Shown: positions 10,595 to 17,312 of the stretch, one piece after another
Layout: each line of letters begins with the position of its first letter
Position numbering within the stretch: position 1 is the first letter of the stretch
From: Syntrophales bacterium
GTDB lineage: Bacteria; Desulfobacterota; Syntrophia; Syntrophales; UBA2185
NCBI GenBank assembly: GCA_035625045.1
Contig: DASPQI010000462.1
Coordinates: forward strand, 1 to 43,958
Reading direction: 5' to 3'
Length of the DNA stretch: 43,958 nucleotides
Notes under the pieces: generated by a model
Databases searched by the model: none
What the model saw: only the letters and a program-made list of their open reading frames with translations
What the model was told of the DNA's origin: nothing
Program-made: the position numbers and the translations under genes

Positions 10595-11611
10595 CTATTT
10601 GGTTTTATGCATGACAATTTCGAGAGCATTGATTTCGTCCATTAACTGGTAGAATTTTTCCGGTTTGAGTGATTGCATTCCATCGGAGACGGCCTTTTCC
10701 GGTTCAGGATGAACCTCCACGAGAAGTCCGTCAGCTCCAACCACTATTGCCGCCCTGCTGAGGGGAATGACATATTTCCAGTTACCCGATGCATGGCTGG
10801 GATCGACAATGACGGGTAGGTGAGTCAATTCCTTCAAAACAGGGACCGCGCTGATGTCGAGGGTGTTGCGGGTTGCCGTCTCAAAGGTACGGATGCCCCT
10901 CTCGCAGAGAATGACCTGATTGTTTCCCGAAGATAGGATGTATTCCGCCGACATGAGAAGCTCCTCAATGGTGGTCATCATCCCGCGTTTCAGAAGGACC
11001 GGCTTTTTCGACTGCCCCACCGTTTTAAGAAGAGGAAAGTTCTGGACGTTCCTCGCCCCGATCTGCAGGATATCGGCATAAGCCTCCACCAGATCGACGT
11101 CTGCCGGATTGACAACCTCTGTAACAATAGGCAGACCTGTCTTTTCACGGGCCTTCACTAACAGCTTGAGACCTTCCTCCTCCATGCCCTGAAAGCTGTA
11201 TGGAGATGTCCTCGGCTTGAATGCCCCGCCTCTGAGGACCTGTGCCCCTCCCTTTTTAACGACGTAGGCGCTCTCCAGCATCTGCTCTTCACTCTCAACA
11301 GCACATGGACCGGCCATGACTACAAACCGGGGGCCGCCTATCTGCACATCCCCTACGGTAATAACAGTGGTTTCTTCCCTGGATTCCCGGCTGGTCAGCT
11401 TGTACGGTTTAAGGATGGGCATGACCTTTTCCACCCCGGATAAAGATTCGGCGAACTTCAAATAGGCCTTACCCCGTTCATCCCCGACAGCGCCTATAAT
11501 GGTTCGTTCCACTCCCCGGGAAGGATGGGCGTTGTATCCCACTGACTCTATCCACCGGATAACTTTCTCGATCTGCCCTTCTGTTGCCTTTTTTTTCATG
11601 ACGATAATCAC
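10595..11611 (-). CDS. aroF: DAHP synthase, type I-beta with an N-terminal ferredoxin-like regulatory domain
   Basis: The N-terminus [23 protein letters not shown]...[12 protein letters not shown] resembles the Thermotoga-type regulatory domain. The catalytic core has [26 protein letters not shown] and DPSH. GTG start at 11611 lies 6 nt after GAGGAGGG (11618-11625). Confidence 0.9.
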   Translation of the reverse strand: MIIVMKKKATEGQIEKVIRWIESVGYNAHPSRGVERTIIGAVGDERGKAYLKFAESLSGVEKVMPILKPYKLTSRESREETTVITVGDVQIGGPRFVVMAGPCAVESEEQMLESAYVVKKGGAQVLRGGAFKPRTSPYSFQGMEEEGLKLLVKAREKTGLPIVTEVVNPADVDLVEAYADILQIGARNVQNFPLLKTVGQSKKPVLLKRGMMTTIEELLMSAEYILSSGNNQVILCERGIRTFETATRNTLDISAVPVLKELTHLPVIVDPSHASGNWKYVIPLSRAAIVVGADGLLVEVHPEPEKAVSDGMQSLKPEKFYQLMDEINALEIVMHKTK

Positions 11612-11625
11612 AATTTACCCTCCTC

Positions 11626-11667
11626 AAAAAAATCAAAAAGGCCATGGCAAATTTTGCTGCCATGGCC
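11626..11667 (-). terminator. Leader terminator T2 (intrinsic), directly upstream of the aroF ribosome-binding site
   Basis: Minus strand reads GGCCATGGCA-gcaaaatt-TGCCATGGCC (perfect 10-bp stem, 11640-11667), followed by TTTTTGATTTTTTT (11626-11639). Confidence 0.8.
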
Positions 11668-11717
11668 TCAAGAAAATAAAAAAGCCATGGGCGGCTTCTT
11701 TCGGTCTACCCATGGCT
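11668..11717 (-). terminator. Leader terminator T1 (intrinsic)
   Basis: Minus strand reads AGCCATGGG-17 nt-CCCATGGCT (9-bp stem, 11683-11717), followed by TTTTTTATTTTCTT. Confidence 0.7.
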
Positions 11718-11739
11718 TTTATGTTTCATTTAATCGGTG

Positions 11740-11835
11740 TCAATTCCTCCTGAGCGATGGGCAGACCAATGGGAAATAATAATAGCTCCAAAAATAAAAA
11801 AACTTTACGATCCCACTGCTGTTCATTCTGTCCAT
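11740..11835 (-). CDS. Aromatic-rich leader peptide (31 aa): MDRMNSSGIVKFFYFWSYYYFPLVCPSLRRN
   Basis: Hand translation of the minus strand: ATG at 11835-11833, GAGG 10 nt upstream, TGA at 11742-11740. Codons TTT TTT TAT TTT TGG AGC TAT TAT TAT TTC (11802-11773) give 9 aromatic residues out of 10. The ORF is too short for the supplied ORF track. Confidence 0.7.
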   Translation of the reverse strand: MDRMNSSGIVKFFYFWSYYYFPLVCPSLRRN

Positions 11836-11859
11836 CAATAACTTACCTCAGTTCAGGGA

Positions 11860-11888
11860 ATAAAACCATAACTCCGGACCATTGTCAA
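11860..11888 (-). promoter_or_regulatory. Candidate sigma70 promoter for the aromatic operon leader
   Basis: Minus strand has TTGACA (11888-11883), a 17-nt spacer, then TTTTAT (11865-11860). An alternative extended -10 (TGATATAAT) lies on the minus strand at 11936-11928. Confidence 0.3.
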
Positions 11889-11991
11889 GAAAAAATTTAC
11901 GTATTTTCAATATTGCCTATTGCAAAAATTATATCACCGTGTTCTATATAATCATTACGTAATTGATTTTCCTAATGGAAGGGACGATAAC

Positions 11992-13434
11992 ATGATAGAC
12001 AGTATCTGGACAATGATGCTCAGCCTGCGCATTCAGGATATTTTCGACATTGCAATCATTTCTGTCATGATATCCGCACTCTTGATATGGTTCAAGGATA
12101 GGGCATCCCGTTTTGTTTTGTTGGGCATCAGCCTCTTAGGCTTTATCTACGTTGTCGCCAAATTTTTCCAACTATATCTTACTACGGTCGTACTCCAGGG
12201 GTTTTTTGCCATCCTCCTCTTTGTTCTTGTCGTCATCTTCCAGGAAGACCTCAGGAGATTTTTTGAACGCCTGGCCATCATGGGCATAATCAGAAAAAAA
12301 TTCCAGAACACCACTCCTTATGGACAAACTGCCGAAATCATTGCCCAGACCGCGGCAAGCCTTGCCCGGAAGCATATTGGCGCCCTGATTGTTATCCAGG
12401 GTAACGATCCTCTTGGCAGACACCTGAGCGGGGGGACCGAGTTGAATGGCCTTCTAAGCGAACCACTCCTTGAAAGTATTTTCGATCCTCATTCCATCGG
12501 GCACGACGGCGCCGTTGTCGTTGACGGGAATACGGTAGTCCGTTTCGGGTGTCATCTGCCGCTATCGCAGAATATCAACCGGTACGGTTTCTGGGGTCTC
12601 CGCCATACGGCAGCCCTTGGCCTTTCCGAACGTTCTGATGCCATCTGCATTGTTGTTTCCGAGGAACGGGGGACTATCTCAATCGCCCAGGGGGAACAAC
12701 TCAAAGAGCTGGCAAGCGCGTCGGCCCTCAAAGGTATTTTGGAATCCTTCTACAACAGCAAAGCGCCCGTGAAAAAGCCAGGACCAATTTCGCTGTGGCT
12801 GAAGGAAAACACAAAAGAGAAGGTCATCGCCATTCTTCTTGCCTGCATCCTCTGGATGATTTTCGGATACCAGAGAGAATCTATACAGAAGGATTTTACC
12901 GTACCTGTTGAATACCTTAATGTACCTGCGGCATGGGTCATAGAGGAGCCCAAAATTACGGATGCTAAGGTTATGATGGCCGGTCCCTCACAGGCATTTC
13001 AACTTCTGAACGCGGACACACTCAAGATATCCCTGAATCTGTCGCAGCTTCAAGAGGGAAGACAGGAAATCATGCTTACGAAAGAAATGATAAATACCCC
13101 ATCGAACTTAACCGTCGTGGGAATCAAGCCCAGCCGGATTACGGTCAATGCGTCACGGTTTATCCGTGTTACCGTTCCCATCGAGATTGTAACTGAAAAT
13201 GCACCAGCCCCCGAAGTTACTATCCAAAAAATAACAGTAACCCCCTCATCCGTCAGGGTTCTTATACCCAACAAGTTGTATCGAGACAAAATGAAGATAC
13301 AGACAGCACCGATTGACTTGAGGCAGATAACTTCAACTACAACACTGTCGCCAAAGCTCAGTGTACCCCCGGATGTTCACTTCGAAGGCGGAAGGGAGCC
13401 TGCCGTAAAAGTAATAGTCAAGGCAAAAAAGTAA
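11992..13434 (+). CDS. cdaA: Diadenylate cyclase CdaA fused to YbbR (CdaR-like) domains
   Basis: Three N-terminal TM helices, then a DAC domain (GALIVIQGNDPL, HDGAVVV, RHTAALGLSERSDAICIVVSEERGTIS). A further TM follows (VIAILLACILWMIFGY), then YbbR-like repeats (FTVPVEYLNVP...VMMAGP, ...TVVGIKPSRITVN, ...ITVTPSSVRVLIP). I prefer the ATG at 11992 (MIDSIW) to the track's 11920 start. Confidence 0.8.
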   Translation: MIDSIWTMMLSLRIQDIFDIAIISVMISALLIWFKDRASRFVLLGISLLGFIYVVAKFFQLYLTTVVLQGFFAILLFVLVVIFQEDLRRFFERLAIMGIIRKKFQNTTPYGQTAEIIAQTAASLARKHIGALIVIQGNDPLGRHLSGGTELNGLLSEPLLESIFDPHSIGHDGAVVVDGNTVVRFGCHLPLSQNINRYGFWGLRHTAALGLSERSDAICIVVSEERGTISIAQGEQLKELASASALKGILESFYNSKAPVKKPGPISLWLKENTKEKVIAILLACILWMIFGYQRESIQKDFTVPVEYLNVPAAWVIEEPKITDAKVMMAGPSQAFQLLNADTLKISLNLSQLQEGRQEIMLTKEMINTPSNLTVVGIKPSRITVNASRFIRVTVPIEIVTENAPAPEVTIQKITVTPSSVRVLIPNKLYRDKMKIQTAPIDLRQITSTTTLSPKLSVPPDVHFEGGREPAVKVIVKAKK

Positions 13435-13666
13435 ATCGAAATACCGGGTCTGCTTAAAACCGGATCCGGACATGATCGAATTAAAACAAAAGAGCAATAG
13501 CGGGGTTGGTGAAAAACCTCCTTCTATGGGGACTGTTCAAAAATGATTAGGTGCAAGGCGCTCAAAAACCGAATCGCAAGGCGTATATAGAAATACGTTG
13601 CGCGGTTCGGTTTGCAGAGCAACGCGGCAGACGCCGTCCCCGCGCAGGCGGGGATCAGTGTTTTGT

Positions 13667-13685
13667 AAAGCCTTCGGCTTTTTCC
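13667..13685 (+). terminator. Small intrinsic terminator-like hairpin
   Basis: AAAGCC-TTCG-GGCTTT followed by TTCC, with the U-run partly inside the stem. It lies 230 nt downstream of the cdaA stop. Confidence 0.35.
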
Positions 13686-13762
13686 GGTACGGAATATATT
13701 ATTCATGATTGCGCTTCCCTGGTGGGAATGCGCCCCCGGTCAACAGTCCCAACAGCCTGTTA

Positions 13763-14452
13763 TTACTTGCCGGACATCTTATCAAGCTGTTGACGTCCCC
13801 GTGCAGTTAAGACCATCTGAAGCTTCTTCGCACCGCTGAGCTCCTGTGCAATTGAACCTTTGGCCAAAAGCAGAGAAAGGGTCTCATCAAAATCTTTTTG
13901 CGGCATCCTTGTGTATCTCAGAAGATCCGCCAACGTCATTTTTGCGTTCTCCACACCAGCGAGCGCCTGCAGGATCTTTAACTGATCATCAGATGCTTTA
14001 ACTTTTTCGCTGTCAGAAACGGGAATTGCCATATCTACACTTTCTTTCTTCCTGACGGGCTGTTCTTCAATTTGCTGTTCTTCAGTTTGCTGAACTTTAG
14101 TTTGACAAACTTGCTGATAATACTGCTCTTCACGTTTTAATCGACTTCCGTAGATTCTCTCCAGGACTATGGTAGAAAAAAGCGCGACAAAGATGCACAA
14201 ACCGCCTAAGATAAAAAGCCTGAGCGGTTTCACCTGTGCGGCATCGAGCAAATCGCTTGAGAACATGTTCAATATCAACGGGACCGTCATCGCCATGACA
14301 ATGCCCGTCAAGGTATGCTTGAAAAGCATGCCCAAGAACGACTGATCCTCTCTCCAGCTTAGAAGGGCGCTTACCATTCCGCCCAATGCTCCCGACACGA
14401 CCATGATGTCGATGAGGAGTATCATGTAATTAATTGGCGTGAACTCTAACAT
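13763..14452 (-). CDS. Hypothetical membrane protein (about 4 TM) with a Q/E-rich linker and a C-terminal winged-helix-like domain
   Basis: Hydrophobic N-terminal half. The linker QQVCQTKVQQTEEQQIEEQ is encoded by three tandem 15-nt repeats (14060-14104). The C-terminus LKILQALAGVENAKMTLADLLRYTRMPQKDFDETLSLLLAKGSI looks like a wHTH. No family recognised. Confidence 0.5.
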   Translation of the reverse strand: MLEFTPINYMILLIDIMVVSGALGGMVSALLSWREDQSFLGMLFKHTLTGIVMAMTVPLILNMFSSDLLDAAQVKPLRLFILGGLCIFVALFSTIVLERIYGSRLKREEQYYQQVCQTKVQQTEEQQIEEQPVRKKESVDMAIPVSDSEKVKASDDQLKILQALAGVENAKMTLADLLRYTRMPQKDFDETLSLLLAKGSIAQELSGAKKLQMVLTARGRQQLDKMSGK

Positions 14453-14744
14453 TTATCTCTCTTCTTTATTAAAACTTCAAGACCTCGAATGATTCCTTTT
14501 TGTGCCTTATCATAAATCTTGCCCAGATCCCCGGCACTCATCTTAATTTTTTCAGTATATGCCGAACCGAGAATAAATACACATTATAATGTGCTTCTTA
14601 TTAATATATTCGACAAATTTAGTTAAAGCTTTAACCAAAACTTTCAATTAATGCCGTATTTTAAAATTCTTTTATCCAGGGTTACAAGTGCATTCTTTTT
14701 GCATAGGCTTCAAGGAAGCTATGACATTACATTGCCAAATTGTA

Positions 14745-14773
14745 TTGACATGCAGGACAGCCTTCCATATAAT
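14745..14773 (+). promoter_or_regulatory. Consensus sigma70 promoter
   Basis: TTGACA (14745-14750), exactly 17 nt, then TATAAT (14768-14773). It lies inside the track's N-terminal extension of the KS ORF, which supports the ATG at 14807. Confidence 0.7.
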
Positions 14774-14806
14774 TTCCGCACCTTAGAGGAAGTGCTCATC
14801 AAAGAC

Positions 14807-16054
14807 ATGCACAAGGAACGGGTCGTCATTACCGGACTGGGAACGATTAATGCGCTGGCGAAAAATACAGTTGACTTTGCTCATGCCCTGCAAGAGGGCA
14901 TTTGCGGCATCGGGCCCGTGACCCTGTTCGACACTGCAGATTATCGAACACATTGCGGGGCGGAGATCAAAGATTTCGCACCACAAGATATGATTCCACC
15001 CCGGTTTTCCTTGAAGCGGATGTCCAGAGCCGATTTAATGGCCTTTGCGGCGACCATCGAAGCGCTGACCGATGCGCGTCTCTTTCCGCTTCCCGATGCC
15101 CTCTGTGAAGATACAGGCGTAGTACTCGGCGCAGGTTCCGGGGGCAAACTGGAGGGAGAAGATTTTTACCTCAACTACCTCCGGCGGCATGGACGACATG
15201 CACGGTTTTCCAGGCTTGCCAGTGTCTGCCCCGCGGCCTCAGCAGATCACATCACTGAACATCTTGGCCTAAGGGGACCGAAGACCACCTTCATGACGGC
15301 CTGTTCGTCCGGGGCTACGGCCGTCGGATTTGCCCGCGATCTGATCGAAAGGCAAGCAGCTACTGTCATGATTGCAGGCGGCGTAGAGCCGCTTTGCAGA
15401 ACCACTTATGCCTCATTTAACGCCCTCCAGGCGGTTGATCCCGAATACTGCAAGCCTTTTGACAGAAACCGACAGGGTCTTTCCCTGGGCGAGGCCTCAG
15501 CGATCATTATCCTGGAATCATTGACTCATGCGAAAAAGAGAGGAGCAATAATCTATGGCGAAGTGCTGGGATACGGTATTACCTGCGATGCCTATCACAT
15601 GACAGCCCCGGATGTTAACGCCTCCGGCGCCGTTCGGTGCATGGAGGCGGCGTTGACGGACGCGGGCATTTCCGCTAACGCCGTCGATTATATCAACGCC
15701 CATGGGACCGGCACACCCGCCAACGATTCCATGGAAACCAAGGCACTGAAACAGGTCTTCGGAAAGGATGCCTACAGCATACCGATCAGTTCGACCAAAT
15801 CCATGACAGGGCATACACTGGGAGCGTCCGGCTCACTGGAGGCAATTGCATCCCTACTTGCAATAAGTAAAGGTTTCATCCCTCCCACTATTAATCATCG
15901 CGAGCCTGACCCGGAATGCGACCTCGATTATGTAACCACGGGCACCCGGCCGGTATCACCTGATATAGTTCTCTCCAATTCCTTCGCTTTCGGCGGAAAT
16001 AATACGACATTGATCCTGGGACGATATACAGAAAAGGGAATAATACATGAATAG
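14807..16054 (+). CDS. Beta-ketoacyl synthase (KAS II/FabF-like, catalytic triad intact)
   Basis: MHKERVVITGLG. Cys in TFMTACSSGATAVG, His in INAHGTGTPAND, His in SSTKSMTGHTLGASG, C-terminal SNSFAFGGNNTTL. Confidence 0.85.
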   Translation: MHKERVVITGLGTINALAKNTVDFAHALQEGICGIGPVTLFDTADYRTHCGAEIKDFAPQDMIPPRFSLKRMSRADLMAFAATIEALTDARLFPLPDALCEDTGVVLGAGSGGKLEGEDFYLNYLRRHGRHARFSRLASVCPAASADHITEHLGLRGPKTTFMTACSSGATAVGFARDLIERQAATVMIAGGVEPLCRTTYASFNALQAVDPEYCKPFDRNRQGLSLGEASAIIILESLTHAKKRGAIIYGEVLGYGITCDAYHMTAPDVNASGAVRCMEAALTDAGISANAVDYINAHGTGTPANDSMETKALKQVFGKDAYSIPISSTKSMTGHTLGASGSLEAIASLLAISKGFIPPTINHREPDPECDLDYVTTGTRPVSPDIVLSNSFAFGGNNTTLILGRYTEKGIIHE

Positions 16055-17276
16055 GCGTGTCGCTGTCACTGGGATTGGAGTGGTAACACCACTTGGAGTG
16101 GGGAAAGAATCCTTTGCACAGGCCATTTTCCGGGGTGACTCCGGCATTGCAGAGATCGCCGCTTTCGATACATCCCGCTTTGCCTCCCATCTGGGGGCGG
16201 AGATCAGAGATTTTTCGGCGCGTGATTTCATCTCTCTGAAGAATTTACGCAGGATGGACCGGTTGTCACAGATGGCTGTCGCATCGGCGCGGATGGCACT
16301 GAATGACGCAGGAATCTCCGTTAATACTGCGAACCGGGATCGCATCGGTACCATCCTGGGGACAGCCTTCGGACCGACGGATGTCAAGGTTCATTGTCTA
16401 AACATCCTCTTTACCGAAGGACCGGGTATGATCAATCCGATCCTGGTCCCTAATTCCATCATGAATGCACCGGCCAGCCATGCTGCTATCGAACTGGGGT
16501 TCAAAGGCGTGAATACCACGGTCAATCATCAGGCCGCTTCCGGAGAGACAGCGATTTTGTACGCGGCCATGGAGATTGAGCGGGGCGCCGCAGATATAGT
16601 CCTAGCGGGAGGGGCCGATATTCTCTCGGAGTTCTTCTTTGAAACGCTGGTCAGGTTCAGGGCGGTTTCCCCGGTTGACGGTAAAAAAGAATCCTCTCGT
16701 CCTTTTGACATCGGGCGGAACGGTCCTGTTGTCGGAGAAGGATGCGGGATCGTCTGCCTGGAGCTCCTGGAGCTTGCGGAAGAAAGAGGCAGAAAACCCT
16801 ATTGTGAGATCACAGGATGGGGAATGTCTTCTTCGCCTGCCAGCCCAACTGACTGGCCCAATGATGCGACAGGGATGAGTCTTGCCATGACCCGCGCGTT
16901 AAAATCTGCCAATCTGACGCCAGGTTACGTTGACATGATCCAGGCAGTAGGAAACGGCGGAAAAAATCCCGACGGCATCGAAGCCGATGCTTATCTTCAC
17001 CTTTTTGGATCTGAAAACAAAACACCCGCCGTGTCTTCAGTCAAAGGCGCCCTCGGCGAAAGTTTTTCTTCAGGAGGTATCCGGGCGGCCGCTCTGGCAT
17101 TATCAATAAGTAAGGGGATAGTCCCACCTACTCTGGGGCTTAAAAATCCCATCGCGCCTCTTTCTTTTGTAACCGGTAAGGCCAGGAATATGGACATCCG
17201 CAATGGTCTTGTCAATGCCGTCTCATATGGAGGAACGAACGTGTCAATAATCATGCGCAAGATCACGGCTTCGTAA
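16047..17276 (+). CDS. Ketosynthase-like protein lacking the Cys-His-His triad (chain-length-factor-like partner)
   Basis: KS fold motifs are present (VAVTGIGVVTPLG, AGGADI, NAVSYGGTNVSII). The catalytic positions read VNHQAASGE (Cys to Ala), MIQAVGNGG (His to Val) and SSVKGALGESFSSGG (His to Glu). The start overlaps the upstream KS stop by 8 nt. Confidence 0.8.
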   Translation: MNRRVAVTGIGVVTPLGVGKESFAQAIFRGDSGIAEIAAFDTSRFASHLGAEIRDFSARDFISLKNLRRMDRLSQMAVASARMALNDAGISVNTANRDRIGTILGTAFGPTDVKVHCLNILFTEGPGMINPILVPNSIMNAPASHAAIELGFKGVNTTVNHQAASGETAILYAAMEIERGAADIVLAGGADILSEFFFETLVRFRAVSPVDGKKESSRPFDIGRNGPVVGEGCGIVCLELLELAEERGRKPYCEITGWGMSSSPASPTDWPNDATGMSLAMTRALKSANLTPGYVDMIQAVGNGGKNPDGIEADAYLHLFGSENKTPAVSSVKGALGESFSSGGIRAAALALSISKGIVPPTLGLKNPIAPLSFVTGKARNMDIRNGLVNAVSYGGTNVSIIMRKITAS

Positions 17277-17312
17277 ATAACGTCTTCTAAAATAAATCTT
17301 GCAGGAGGTTAT

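Noticed and set aside
11700-11725. T-box riboswitch hypothesis for the aroF leader (GGGTAGACCG loosely resembles the T-box GGGTGGTACCGCG)
   Set aside because: The UGGN tRNA-acceptor-pairing bases are not conserved, and no Stem I, specifier loop or AG-bay motifs were seen. Leader-peptide attenuation explains the structure better.
11706-11729. Second mini-ORF in the aroF leader (minus strand ATG AAA CAT AAA AGC CAT GGG TAG, MKHKSHG) overlapping the 5' arm of terminator T1
   Set aside because: It has no aromatic codons, and the nearest SD-like AGGAGG is about 15 nt away. The upstream 31-codon F/Y/W-rich ORF is a far better sensing peptide. This one may be fortuitous.
13635-13658. CRISPR-like sequence GTCCCCGCGCAGGCGGGGATCAG (resembles type I-E repeats), plus CCCCCGCCAGCGGGGGA at 26058-26074 and 29032-29048
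   Set aside because: These are single, widely separated copies with no regular repeat-spacer periodicity and no cas genes. They behave as dispersed palindromic (REP-like) elements, not a CRISPR array.
14651-14806. N-terminal 52-codon extension of the ketosynthase ORF in the track
   Set aside because: A perfect TTGACA-17-TATAAT promoter lies inside it, and the family N-terminus starts at MHKERVVITGLG (ATG 14807).
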